From: Nitrosomonadaceae bacterium
GTDB taxonomy: Bacteria; Pseudomonadota; Gammaproteobacteria; Burkholderiales; Nitrosomonadaceae
DNA: 64,000 bases
NCBI GenBank assembly: GCA_919902515.1
Contig: CAKKRD010000040.1
Coordinates: 5,861 to 69,860, forward strand
Reading direction: 5' to 3'
The notes beneath the pieces were generated by a model. The model ran no database searches. It was not told the DNA's origin and saw only the letters and a program-made list of their open reading frames with translations. Shown in pieces: positions 9,814-19,558 of this stretch; position 1 is the first letter of the stretch; each line of letters begins with the position of its first letter. Made by a program: the position numbers and the translations under genes.

Positions 9814-11480
9814 GGTATGAGTTTTTCCTGAAAAGCAGCGGCATCCATCGGCCTGCCAGTGAGATATCCCTGGACCAGATCACAGCCCTTGGATTTGAGA
9901 AATTCAAGCTGTTCTGCAGTCTCCACCCCTTCTGCCACCACCAGCAACTCCAATCCCGCAGCCAAGCCCAATATCGCCAGAACGATGGCGACGTCCTCGG
10001 TGCCTTGCGGCACATCGTCAACAAAGGATTTGTCGATTTTCAGAACGGAAAGCGGCAGTTTTTTAAGATAGGCCAGCGACGAATACCCGGTACCGAAATC
10101 GTCGATTGCAATCTTCACGCCGGCAGCGCGCAACCCATGAAGGATGGCACCAGATTCCTCCGGATCGTGCATCAATACCCCCTCTGTGATCTCCAGCATC
10201 AGGGATGACGGCGCAAGTTGCGATTCCTCCAGCGCTTTATTGACCAGATTATTGAAACCTTCCTGCCGGAACTGCCGAGGAGATACATTAACGGACATGT
10301 AAAAATCCGAAATTCCCGCCGTCTGCCACAGTTTCGCCTGATGACAGGCGGTCCGCAGCGCCCATGCACCCAGCATCTCTACCAGACCGCTGCTTTCGGC
10401 AAGCGGAATGAATCTTGCGGGGGACACCAGTCCCTGCCCGGGCCGATCCCAGCGCATCAAGGCTTCCGCTCCTTTCAATGTTCCCGTCTGCATGCAAAAA
10501 ACCGGCTGGTAATGAAGCAGAAATTCGCCGTTCTTTATCCCTTCATGCATGGCCGATTCCAGCGACAGATTGCCTTTGTCTCCACCGTCCAACTGCTGGT
10601 CATAAATTTCCCAGTGGTTCTTACCATACGTCTTTGCGCTATACATGGCAGTCTCAGCATGTCCGAGCAAGATCCCGGGGTCACTGCCATGATCGGGATA
10701 AGCTGCTATTCCCAGGCCAATGCTGACGTATATGTTGTGCCCTTCAATCTGGAAAGGCCGCTGTACTGTAGCCAGAACTTTCTTGATCACCAGATCAATA
10801 TCCTTACGCCAGTCCGCAATCATCATGACCAGCACAAATTCATCCCCGCCGATCCTGGCCATGGTATCGCTGCGGCGGATAATCACCTGCAGCCGCTCTG
10901 CCACCGCCTTGATCAAATGATCGCCTATCTCGTATCCAAGCGAATCATTTATTTTTTTGATTCCGTTCAGGTTAAGGAAAAGGATGACAAGATTATTGTT
11001 TCCGCGACTGGCGGTATTGATGCCGACACTGATCCGGTCACTGAGCAGCCCTCTGCCTGGCAGTCCGGTAAGTGCATCGTGGGTGGAAAGATGCGCAAGC
11101 CGGGCTTCGTTTTCCTTCCAATGCGAAGCATCATAGGCAACGAAGACATATTCGTCGCGCCCTTCCAGGCGCAGGATATGGCAATCCACCCATACCGGCA
11201 ACACGCGCTGCCGCAGCAGGCGGCAAACAAACGACTGCTTTTCCCCGGCGAGTGCCGCCTTATCTTTCGCCGCCGTGAATATTGACATGTCCTCGGGCTG
11301 GATGAAGAACCTGAGTGCCTCCCCCACCGGGCTTGTGGCCAGCTCAAGAAATTCCTGAGATGGTGCTGATGCCTGCCGGATGATACTGTCCGCATCAATG
11401 CGCACGGTGAAATCAGTCAGCAGCGATAGGGATTTGAAAGAGACTAGATCACTCACGATAGCTTGGCCTTCTCCTGCCAT
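9810..11480 (-). CDS. PAS-GGDEF-EAL protein (c-di-GMP turnover)
   Basis: RIGGDEFVLVM (GGDEF), EALMRW, QPVF, DDFGTGYSSLAYLKKLPL and KIDKSFV (EAL domain) follow an N-terminal PAS-like region. Confidence 0.85.
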   Translation of the reverse strand: MAGEGQAIVSDLVSFKSLSLLTDFTVRIDADSIIRQASAPSQEFLELATSPVGEALRFFIQPEDMSIFTAAKDKAALAGEKQSFVCRLLRQRVLPVWVDCHILRLEGRDEYVFVAYDASHWKENEARLAHLSTHDALTGLPGRGLLSDRISVGINTASRGNNNLVILFLNLNGIKKINDSLGYEIGDHLIKAVAERLQVIIRRSDTMARIGGDEFVLVMMIADWRKDIDLVIKKVLATVQRPFQIEGHNIYVSIGLGIAAYPDHGSDPGILLGHAETAMYSAKTYGKNHWEIYDQQLDGGDKGNLSLESAMHEGIKNGEFLLHYQPVFCMQTGTLKGAEALMRWDRPGQGLVSPARFIPLAESSGLVEMLGAWALRTACHQAKLWQTAGISDFYMSVNVSPRQFRQEGFNNLVNKALEESQLAPSSLMLEITEGVLMHDPEESGAILHGLRAAGVKIAIDDFGTGYSSLAYLKKLPLSVLKIDKSFVDDVPQGTEDVAIVLAILGLAAGLELLVVAEGVETAEQLEFLKSKGCDLVQGYLTGRPMDAAAFQEKLIP

Positions 11481-11555
11481 TCTCAGGAATTCGGCGAATT
11501 ATAAGCTGAACAACAAACCTGCAATAGCGGCAGTCTAGCATATCGAGCAGCGCCC

Positions 11556-11700
11556 TTGTTTCCGATCGCGAGCCTGTGTTCGCCTGCGCTAGCCACGTTC
11601 CGAGAGCCTACGCTCCGGCGCTGCGCAAGGCGCGCGATGCAGGTCGTAGCTCGGCCTACGAAGCTGAGAAACGCAACACAGCAGGCGCCCGATTTTACCG
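11556..11700. repeat. GC-rich imperfect palindromic element in an otherwise AT-rich divergent intergenic region
   Basis: The left arm (about 11568-11612, gcgagcctgtgttcgcctgcgctagccacgttccgagagcctacg) resembles the reverse complement of the right arm (about 11644-11688, cgtagctcggcctacgaagctgagaaacgcaacacagcaggcgcc). The arms flank a GC-rich core. The two track ORFs here have no RBS or recognisable product. Confidence 0.3.
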
Positions 11701-11973
11701 CAACTCTACGCGACGGGACTTGTTCAGCGGTTCCTTAACCTGCGGTAGCCCGTCTTAACCAGCCAATAACAGCTTGGCAATAACTCCTCATCAACGCTAA
11801 TATCTTACGCTGTCCTCATTTCCTCCCCATGATTGGTCAAAGAGCCGCCAATTCCAGAATTGAGCATGCGATTAGCCGTCGATGTGTTGCAACAGTTGGG
11901 GAACCCGATTTTATATATACAACAGCTCCGATTAATTTAAAATCAGAAATGTGTCATGAAAAGGAGGATCGGG

Positions 11974-12729
11974 ATGATTAGGCGCAAACATATACATGTG
12001 CTGGGCATGCTGGTGGCTTTGTTTTGTGCTTCAACAAGCACATGGGCCAACGTGAAAGACAACGGTCTCATCACCGCAGCCGGAAAAGGTAATCTTCCAG
12101 GGGTCAAGGCAGCGCTCGCCGCTAGGGCCAATGTAAATGCCAAAGCAAACAATGGCATCACGGCGTTGGTAGCGGCATCGGAGAATGGCCATGAAGAGAT
12201 AGTGGAAGCGCTGCTCGCTGCCAAAGCCGATGTGAACGCCGCAGCAAACGATGGGGTCACTGCGCTGATGGCGGCATCGAAAAGCGGTTTTCATGAGGTG
12301 GTGCAAATACTGCTTGAGGCCAAAGCCAATGTGAATGCCAAGGCGGTCGATGGCAATACCGCATTGATCGTTGCGTCGCAGAAAGGGCACCGGCAGGTAG
12401 TGCAGGCGCTGCTCGCCGCCGGGGCCGATGTGGCCGCCCGCAGGAATGACGGCCTCACGGCGTTGATGCAGGCATCACAGGAGGGGCGCTGGCAGATAGT
12501 GCAAGTATTGCTTGCCGCCAAGGCCGATGTGAACGCCCAGCTCAGCAACGGCGCCACCGCATTGATGCTGACGTCGCAGATGGGCCACCTAAGAGTAGTG
12601 CATGCGTTGCTCGCTGCCAAGGCCGATGTGAACGCCAAGGCTGTCAATGGCGCCACCGCGTTGATACTGGCATCGAAATACCAGCACCAGGAGGTGGTAA
12701 AGCTCCTCAAGGGAGCGGGTGCCAAGTAG
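11974..12729 (+). CDS. secreted ankyrin-repeat protein (about 7 ANK repeats)
   Basis: AAGGAGG lies 6 nt upstream of the ATG at 11974. Signal peptide MIRRKHIHVLGMLVALFCASTSTWA. 33-aa repeats follow the pattern G.TALM.AS..GH..VV..LL.AKADVNA. Confidence 0.85.
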   Translation: MIRRKHIHVLGMLVALFCASTSTWANVKDNGLITAAGKGNLPGVKAALAARANVNAKANNGITALVAASENGHEEIVEALLAAKADVNAAANDGVTALMAASKSGFHEVVQILLEAKANVNAKAVDGNTALIVASQKGHRQVVQALLAAGADVAARRNDGLTALMQASQEGRWQIVQVLLAAKADVNAQLSNGATALMLTSQMGHLRVVHALLAAKADVNAKAVNGATALILASKYQHQEVVKLLKGAGAK

Positions 12730-12761
12730 GAGTTCTGAATCCCGAGTAGTATGGAACCAGA

Positions 12762-13142
12762 TCAGGCTGCTTGTACCGGGACGCTGCCACGCTGATCGAT
12801 GATGCGATTCATCTCATTCACGTAAACGAGTCGCGGCTGGTAAAGCCGCAATTCCGGCTCGGAATAGATTGCATAGGCCGCAATGATCAGAATATCCCCT
12901 GGGCTGGCTTTGTGGGCGGCAGCACCGTTTACCGAAATTATCCCCGAATTGCGCTGGGCGCGAATGGCATAGGTGGTGAAACGCTCACCATTGGTGATGT
13001 TGTAGATTTCGATCTGCTGGTATTCACGGATAGCGGCGGCGTCAAGCAGCACATCGTCAATCGCGCACGAACCTTCATAATCCAGTTCCGAGCGGGTCAC
13101 GCGTACCCGATGCAATTTGGCTTGCAACATGGTTTTCTGCAT
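12762..13142 (-). CDS. panD: aspartate 1-decarboxylase
   Basis: [30 protein letters not shown] contains the self-processing G-S site and the NGAAAH motif. Confidence 0.9.
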   Translation of the reverse strand: MQKTMLQAKLHRVRVTRSELDYEGSCAIDDVLLDAAAIREYQQIEIYNITNGERFTTYAIRAQRNSGIISVNGAAAHKASPGDILIIAAYAIYSEPELRLYQPRLVYVNEMNRIIDQRGSVPVQAA

Positions 13143-13314
13143 GGCTGTCATTTTACATTAAATTCAACAGGTGGATTATAACCAATCTGCAATCTGCGAT
13201 GGCGAGACTTTAGGAAACGGTGACTTTAGGAAGCGTTGCAATTGTTTATCTGACTGGTTAACATCGGCGACGTGAAATCGCTGGCCTGCCACCCGTCAAG
13301 AAAAAGGTATCTCA

Positions 13315-14295
13315 ATGTCACACTGGTTCAAGGATAACTCGCAATCCATCGGGCATACCCCGCTGGTCCGGCTCAACCGTGTCACCGATGGCGCGCCCGC
13401 GACGGTGCTGGCGAAAATTGAGGGGCGCAATCCCGGTTACTCCGTCAAATGCCGCATTGGTGCGGCGATGGTCGAGGATGCAGAGCGCCGCGGACTGCTC
13501 GGCCCCGGCAAAGAACTGGTGGAACCAACCAGCGGCAACACCGGCATTGCGCTGGCGTTCGTCGCTGCTGCCCGCGGCATGCCACTGACCCTGACCATGC
13601 CGGAAACCATGAGTCTGGAACGCCGTAAGCTGCTGATTGCCTACGGCGCCAGACTGGTTCTGACGGAAGGTGCGCGCGGCATGAAAGGCTCGATCGAGAA
13701 AGCCGAGGAGATCGTCGCTTCTGATCCTGGCCGATATGTTCTACTGCAGCAGTTCAAGAATCCTGCCAACCCGGCCATCCACGAACAAACCACAGGACCG
13801 GAAATCTGGAATGATACCGATGGCGCCGTTGACATCTTTGTCTCCGGCGTGGGTACCGGCGGCACCATCACCGGCGTTTCACGCTACCTCAAAAAAATCA
13901 GGGGTAAAGCGATTATTTCGGTTGCGGTCGAACCCGCGGCCAGTCCGGTACTCACCCAACAGCGTGCCGGTGAGCCGCTAAAACCGGCGCCACACAAGAT
14001 TCAAGGCATCGGCGCGGGCTTCGTCCCGGAGAACGTGGATCTCTCGCTGGTGGATGAGATCGAGCAGGTCAGCAACGAAGAGGCGATTCTGTACGCACGC
14101 CGCCTTGCGCGTGAGGAAGGCATCATCTCCGGCATTTCATGCGGTGCCGCGGTAGCGGCGGCGGTACGCCAGGCCAAGCGTGCGGAAAATACAGGCAAAA
14201 CCATCGTTGTCATCCTGCCCGATTCCGGCGAACGTTATCTGAGTACCATTCTTTTCGAAAACGTGTTTGACGCTCAAGGGTTGGTGACATCGTGA
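13315..14295 (+). CDS. cysK: cysteine synthase A (O-acetylserine sulfhydrylase)
   Basis: [11 protein letters not shown]...[11 protein letters not shown]...[10 protein letters not shown]...[10 protein letters not shown] are CysK motifs. Confidence 0.9.
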   Translation: MSHWFKDNSQSIGHTPLVRLNRVTDGAPATVLAKIEGRNPGYSVKCRIGAAMVEDAERRGLLGPGKELVEPTSGNTGIALAFVAAARGMPLTLTMPETMSLERRKLLIAYGARLVLTEGARGMKGSIEKAEEIVASDPGRYVLLQQFKNPANPAIHEQTTGPEIWNDTDGAVDIFVSGVGTGGTITGVSRYLKKIRGKAIISVAVEPAASPVLTQQRAGEPLKPAPHKIQGIGAGFVPENVDLSLVDEIEQVSNEEAILYARRLAREEGIISGISCGAAVAAAVRQAKRAENTGKTIVVILPDSGERYLSTILFENVFDAQGLVTS

Positions 14296-15206
14296 CAACC
14301 CCAAAAAAAACCAGTGAGCCAGCACTGACGGAAGCACATCTGGAGACCGATGCGATTATGGCCGAGTTGCGCGCTTTGCGTGTGGCCTCGCTGGAACACC
14401 GGCAGCGGCACGACCGCCCTCCCCGGCTTCCCTCGCGCAAGACATTGGCCGACATCGCAGACGGGCTGAGCGCCGCGCTGTTCCCGAACCGCCTGGGCTC
14501 GCCGGAACTCACTGATGGGGGCGTCGATCACTATGTCAGACAAACGCTGGATACAGCGCTGAGGAAATTACAGCAGCAGGTGCGGCGCGAATTGCATTAT
14601 GCCGCCAGCTCGGAAACTGACAGCAACACGACCCACGAACAAGCGACCGCGATTACGCGCGCGTTTGCCGGGTGCCTGCCGCAGATACGCAGCCTGCTGG
14701 ATAACGATATCTACGCAGCCTACGAAGGCGACCCGGCTGCACGCAGCGTCGATGAGGTATTGGTCTGCTATCCGGGCATTAGCGCCATCATGTACTACCG
14801 GCTCGCCCATGAGCTGTATCGACTGGGGGTCCCACTGATCGCGCGCATGATTTCCGAAATTGCCCATTCGGCCACCGGAATCGAAATCCATCCAGGCGCG
14901 CAGATAGACAGCAGTTTTTTCATCGATCACGGCACGGGTGTCGTCATCGGCGAAACCGCCATCATCGGCAAAAACGTGCGGCTATACCAGGCGGTAACCC
15001 TCGGCGCCAAGCGCTTCCCGGTGGATGAGCACGGTGCGCTGGTGAAGGGCAATGCGCGCCATCCCATCGTCGAGGATGATGTTGTCATCTACGCGGGCGC
15101 CACCATACTCGGCCGCATCACCATTGGCCGCGGCTCGACCATTGGCGGCAATGTCTGGCTTACACACAGCGTCCCGCCTGGCAGCAACATCTCGCAGGCA
15201 CAGTGA
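14292..15206 (+). CDS. cysE: serine O-acetyltransferase (long N-terminal form)
   Basis: Hexapeptide-repeat C-terminus ([28 protein letters not shown]...) and the DPAARS motif. The GTG start overlaps the cysK stop (GTGA). Confidence 0.85.
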   Translation: MTTPKKTSEPALTEAHLETDAIMAELRALRVASLEHRQRHDRPPRLPSRKTLADIADGLSAALFPNRLGSPELTDGGVDHYVRQTLDTALRKLQQQVRRELHYAASSETDSNTTHEQATAITRAFAGCLPQIRSLLDNDIYAAYEGDPAARSVDEVLVCYPGISAIMYYRLAHELYRLGVPLIARMISEIAHSATGIEIHPGAQIDSSFFIDHGTGVVIGETAIIGKNVRLYQAVTLGAKRFPVDEHGALVKGNARHPIVEDDVVIYAGATILGRITIGRGSTIGGNVWLTHSVPPGSNISQAQ

Positions 15207-15256
15207 GGTGTGCGCAGACGGCGCCGGAATTCAAGGAATCTCTGAATAGGCTGAAT

Positions 15257-15610
15257 TTAACCAAACAATTCCACATCGCCTTCTACTTTGGATTTCTGCA
15301 GGCGCGAACTGTAATCCTTCTCGCGCGCAAAAATGGTGTTGTTATGGAGATTACGCAATTTTTTCACCATTACCCTGCCGCTGTCCAGAAAGTAATAAAC
15401 CTTGCGCGGATAGCTGTCGGCCAGATTCTGTGTCGCCACTCGGATTTTCTCCGTAATAATCGCAGATGCACGCGGCAATACAGAAACCGAGCACGGTGAC
15501 CGGCACCATGTCACGCCCGGTGACATAATATCCCCCCGGCAGTATTTTCGCCGCTTCCAGGTTGAAACTGCGGTCAAAATAAAGATTCGGCGCAAGCTGT
15601 TCTTCGTAAC
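15257..15610 (-). pseudogene. cheD: cheD (chemoreceptor glutamine deamidase) remnant, internally deleted and frameshifted
   Basis: One minus-strand frame gives [44 protein letters not shown], the CheD N-terminal region around the catalytic Cys. A second frame gives [51 protein letters not shown], the CheD C-terminus. About 118 codons remain versus roughly 200 for intact CheD, with no in-frame start. Confidence 0.6.
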
Positions 15611-15612
15611 CG

Positions 15613-15959
15613 TCAGCTATGACTCGCCTGTGATTTGCGCGCCAGTTCGTAAACCGTCTTGCCGCGCAGCTTGAACAAGTCCGCAGCGTGATGAAAGCTC
15701 TCGGAATAACCGGCAGACATCAGGCCGTCACGCGCCAGCAACGGTACGAATTTCTGCAGGATCCGGTATTGGGTAGGTTTGTCAAAATAGTCATCACATT
15801 GCGGCAGAATATCGCGTCAAACGGCCCACGTATCAGCCAAGATCCATCCAATAGATTGATCTGGCGGATTCAGGGAAATGCCGATGCACTCAAAGTCCGT
15901 GCTGAAAACTCGAATTCACGCGACTCATGACTACCTGATCGCAGTTTTTCTTCGATCAT
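15613..15959 (-). pseudogene. cheR: cheR (chemotaxis methyltransferase) remnant, internally deleted and frameshifted
   Basis: The ATG at 15959 has GAGGG 8 nt upstream. MIEEKLRSGSHESREFEFSA... hits TGA (15870-15872) after 29 codons. Downstream come ..INLLDGSWLIRGPFDAIFCRNVM, a 1-nt frameshift, then [58 protein letters not shown], the CheR C-terminal end. About 115 codons remain versus roughly 280. Confidence 0.65.
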
Positions 15960-16087
15960 GGTTATTTCCCTCAATTGCTCTTCACATGTGAAGCCGGTGC
16001 TCAATTCTGGCTGGAACGCCGGGTTTCAATCTGCCCAGTCGTAGTACCCTGTTCCGGGTATTTCATAAACCGTGCGGGAAGATCCCG

Positions 16088-16210
16088 GTAGGAGCGGCTT
16101 CAGCCGTGAGAATGGTCGATACCGTTGCGGGCCTGCTGCATTCGCGGCTAAAGCCGCTCCTACAAGATCATTATCACGTCCCAGCATTCGCGACTGAAGC
16201 CGCTCCTACC
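16088..16210. repeat. cluster of three REP-like palindromic units
   Basis: GTAGGAGCGGCTTCAGCCGTGAGAA at 16089-16112 is in forward orientation. TTCGCGGCTAAAGCCGCTCCTAC (16141-16163) and TTCGCGACTGAAGCCGCTCCTACC (16187-16210) are inverted. Each unit is a GC-rich imperfect hairpin. Confidence 0.6.
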
Positions 16211-16253
16211 AGGTGATTAATTATTACGTTCCAGTAAATTTGCGCAACTCGGC

Positions 16254-18770
16254 TTAAAACTCCGCCCAGTCATCGTCACCGCCAGCGGCAGCCGCCTTGT
16301 TCCGCAGCGCCGGTTTGGCTTTGGCTGCAGGGGCTGCGGCTATTTTCCTGGCTTCCACTCTCCCGACGGATCTGACTGCGGATTTGACGGCGGGTTTGAC
16401 GGCGGATGGCCGTGCAGCCCCTGCAGAACGGCCGCGAGGTTCCTCTTCTTGCGTCTTGAATATAGATACTGCTTTCATCAAGTTCTGCGCCTGCTCTTCC
16501 ATCGATTCCGCCGCTGCGGCCGCTTCTTCCACCAGCGCCGCGTTCTGTTGCGTTACCTCATCCATCTGGACAACCGCCTGGTTGACCTGTTCGATACCCG
16601 CGCTCTGTTCCTGCGACGCAGCGGTGATCTCCGACATAATGTCCGTCACGCGCTTGATCGAGCTCACGATCTCTTCCATGGTCTTGCCAGCCTCGTCCAC
16701 CAGCCTGGTGCCGTTGCCGACTTTTTCCACCGAGTCGCTGATCAGCGTCTTGATCTCCTTGGCGGCCGCCGCGCTCCTTTGCGCCAGATTGCGCACTTCC
16801 GTTGCAACCACCGCGAAACCGCGGCCCTGCTCACCAGCCCGGGCTGCTTCCACTGCCGCATTCAACGCCAGAATGTTGGTCTGGAACGCGATACTGTCAA
16901 TCACTGAAATGATATCGACGATCTTCTTCGAGCTTTCGTTGATTGAGGCCATGGTGGTCACCACCTGACCGACCACTCGACCACCCTTTATCGCCACTCC
17001 TGAGGCCGCCTCTGCCATTTGATTGGCCTGTTTCGCATTGTCTGCGTTCTGCTTCACCGTCGACGTCAGTTCTTCCATACTGGCAGCGGTTTCCTCCAGA
17101 CTGGAAGCCTGCTCTTCGGTACGCTGCGACAAATCGTTGTTGCCCTGGGCAATCTCCATCGCCCCCGTGTTGATTAAATCGCTTGCCTCTTTGATTTGCA
17201 TGATAATGTCGAGTAGCTGCTCTACCGTCTGGTTCGCATTATCCGACAACTCCCCGAAGGTTCCATGATATTCATCCGTGATCCTCTCCGTCAGATCACC
17301 CTGTGCTAGCGCACCCAGCATACGCCCCACGTCTCCCAGACTTACGGCACAAGTATCCAGTAACGAATTGACCCCCTCGCACAATTCCTTGACAGAACCC
17401 GTCTTGCCATCAATCTCAATACGCTTCGTGAGATCCCCATCCCTGGCTACCGAAACCACCATCAATGTCTGCTCCACTGCATCCTTGAGCATCTGCGATG
17501 CTTGAATTGCCGCAGTCACATCAGTGGAGATTTTCGCCACTTTAAACACCCGCCCCATCTCATCCATGATAGGCGCATAGGTAGCTTGCAGCCATACCTC
17601 CTGACCCCCTCTGCCGATTCTTTTAAATACATCGGTCTGGGCTTTGCCTGTATTCAGATCGGCCCAGAACTGGGTGTAAGCGGCAGAATTGGCATAGGCC
17701 GGCTCAACAAACAGGCGGTGATGCTTACCAACGACTTCATCGGCCTGATATCCCATCAGTTGCAGAAAAATGCTGTTGGCAGTCAGAACCACCCCCTTGG
17801 TATCAAACTCGACAAAACCATAGGAATTATTAATGGCGTTGATCAGCCCCAGCATGTTGTGGCGTTCTGTTTCTTGCTTGGTAATGTCGTAACGCACCCC
17901 CAGATATTTTCTCGGCTTCCCCTTTTCATTGAGAAATGGCGCAATGACCGCATCAACATAATAAGGGGCGCCCTCTTTGGTGCGGTTCTTGATCACGCCC
18001 CTGAAGAAATTACCCCGCCCGATCGTGGCCCAAACCTGTTTGAAGACCTCCTTGGGCATATCCGGATGGCGAGTGATGCTATGCGGACTTCCCACGAGCT
18101 CGTCTCTGCGGTAATGGGAAATCTCGCTATATTTATCGTTGCACCAGACAATGTCTCCTTTAAGATCAGATTCGGAAACAATGCTGGTCATATTCATGAT
18201 CTCGGAGCGTATCTTTAATTCTATCTCGGTATCGTCCAGCTTGTTTTTGGTGGCAGTGATGTCTATGGCAAATTCCATTACCTTGACGGGCTTGCCGTCC
18301 ACGCCCAGGATGGGACTGTAGGAGCTCTCAATCCACACTGCCTTGCCGCCCTTGCCGATGTATTTGTACCGGCCCGTACTGGATTCACCCCGCCCAAGCT
18401 TGTCCCATAGGCTGTAGTACTCGGGAGAACTGCGGAACACGGGATCAACCAGCATGCTGTGATGCTGATCCTTGATTTCGTCGAGGGTGTAGCCCAGCAT
18501 CTTCAGGAAGTTTTCGTTCGCTGTGACGATCTTGCCAGCAAGCGTAAATTCGATCACTGCCTGCGCTTTGTTGATGGCGGCAATCTGGCCTTTCAGGTCG
18601 GCCAGAACTTCCCTGGACACGCCAGGAACTTTGGGGGGTTGTACGCTAGAAGCTTTGGACTTGGGCTTGGCTTTGACTTTGGGCTTGACTTTGGGCTTGA
18701 CTTTGGACGCACTGGCAGTCTTGGTCGCGTTGACATTGGCTCGTTTCGCATTCACTTTAGTGATTACCAT
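16254..18770 (-). CDS. soluble methyl-accepting chemotaxis protein with three PAS/PAC modules
   Basis: No hydrophobic segments. The Lys-rich N-terminus ([17 protein letters not shown]) precedes three PAS repeats (e.g. [33 protein letters not shown]). The MA domain reads [31 protein letters not shown]...[30 protein letters not shown]. The C-terminus ends DDDWAEF. Confidence 0.9.
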   Translation of the reverse strand: MVITKVNAKRANVNATKTASASKVKPKVKPKVKAKPKSKASSVQPPKVPGVSREVLADLKGQIAAINKAQAVIEFTLAGKIVTANENFLKMLGYTLDEIKDQHHSMLVDPVFRSSPEYYSLWDKLGRGESSTGRYKYIGKGGKAVWIESSYSPILGVDGKPVKVMEFAIDITATKNKLDDTEIELKIRSEIMNMTSIVSESDLKGDIVWCNDKYSEISHYRRDELVGSPHSITRHPDMPKEVFKQVWATIGRGNFFRGVIKNRTKEGAPYYVDAVIAPFLNEKGKPRKYLGVRYDITKQETERHNMLGLINAINNSYGFVEFDTKGVVLTANSIFLQLMGYQADEVVGKHHRLFVEPAYANSAAYTQFWADLNTGKAQTDVFKRIGRGGQEVWLQATYAPIMDEMGRVFKVAKISTDVTAAIQASQMLKDAVEQTLMVVSVARDGDLTKRIEIDGKTGSVKELCEGVNSLLDTCAVSLGDVGRMLGALAQGDLTERITDEYHGTFGELSDNANQTVEQLLDIIMQIKEASDLINTGAMEIAQGNNDLSQRTEEQASSLEETAASMEELTSTVKQNADNAKQANQMAEAASGVAIKGGRVVGQVVTTMASINESSKKIVDIISVIDSIAFQTNILALNAAVEAARAGEQGRGFAVVATEVRNLAQRSAAAAKEIKTLISDSVEKVGNGTRLVDEAGKTMEEIVSSIKRVTDIMSEITAASQEQSAGIEQVNQAVVQMDEVTQQNAALVEEAAAAAESMEEQAQNLMKAVSIFKTQEEEPRGRSAGAARPSAVKPAVKSAVRSVGRVEARKIAAAPAAKAKPALRNKAAAAGGDDDWAEF

Positions 18771-18831
18771 AATAATATCTCTCTTGGTTAAAATGGTTGA
18801 AGTAACTGGATTTGAAAATAACCAACTCTGG

Positions 18832-19332
18832 CTAGTGAGTTGTTGTGTCGGCGACCAACCCCATTTCGCTGCTGCCCATGAGTTTCTCGATGTCCATCAG
18901 AATCAGCATGCGCTCCTCTACCGTACCCAGGCCCATGATATATTCCGCGTTGATCATGGTGCCGAACTGTGGTGCTGGCTGCATTTGCTCTGCATTCAGA
19001 TTGATCACGTCCGAGACCGCATCCACTACGATGCCTATCACGCGCCCTAAAATGGTCAGGATGATTACCACTGTAAATTGATCATAATCGGCCTTGTCGA
19101 GCTTGAATTTGATACGCATGTCAATGATAGGAACGATATTGCCACGCAGATTAACCACGCCCTTGATGAATTCGGGTGCATTGGCAATGTGGGTGACAGT
19201 GCCGTATCCGCGAATCTCCTGAACCTCAAGGATATTGATGCCGTATTCCTCGCTTCCCAACCGGAAAGTGAGAAATTCGTTATCCATGTTACCCATAGAG
19301 CCATTGGTCGATTCGGTTACTCCTGTGGCCAT
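18832..19332 (-). CDS. cheW: chemotaxis coupling protein CheW
   Basis: [24 protein letters not shown]...[22 protein letters not shown] is the canonical CheW pattern. Confidence 0.9.
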   Translation of the reverse strand: MATGVTESTNGSMGNMDNEFLTFRLGSEEYGINILEVQEIRGYGTVTHIANAPEFIKGVVNLRGNIVPIIDMRIKFKLDKADYDQFTVVIILTILGRVIGIVVDAVSDVINLNAEQMQPAPQFGTMINAEYIMGLGTVEERMLILMDIEKLMGSSEMGLVADTTTH

Positions 19333-19424
19333 TTTTTATACTCCTTTTATTAAACATGGCGACATATATAATGCCGCTCTACTGAGTTATGCTGCTGACA
19401 GTTCTCTGGCCAGGAAATGCTGTC

Positions 19425-19557
19425 ATGAGAAAACTGGAAATTGCTGATCCCGAAGTGATGCGAATTGCCATCCAACAAGAAATTGCTCGTTCCGATGAGT
19501 CGCGCTACGACCATCGGTTGCACGGCTTACTGCTGGTAGCAGGCGGTCAAAGCTGCC
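19425..19557 (+). mobile_element. IS630-family transposase gene fragment (N-terminal ~44 codons only)
   Basis: MRKLEIADPEVMRIAIQQEIARSDESRYDHRLHGLLLVAGGQSC matches the conserved N-terminal HTH region of IS630-family transposases as I recall them (..ESRYDHRLHG.LLV..G.SC..). Similarity stops at about 19557, right at the cheW stop codon. Confidence 0.55.
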
Positions 19558-19558
19558 A

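Noticed and set aside
11641-11670. tRNA-like string GTCGTAGCTCGGCCTACGAAGC.
   Set aside because: No acceptor stem, anticodon arm or T-loop (GTTCRANNC) can be built. It is part of the palindromic repeat.
11556-11758. Track ORFs 11556..11738 and 11576..11758 (+), each 60 aa.
   Set aside because: They are two overlapping frames over the same GC-rich palindromic element. Neither has an RBS, and both have Ala/Arg-rich composition. I interpret the region as a non-coding repeat.
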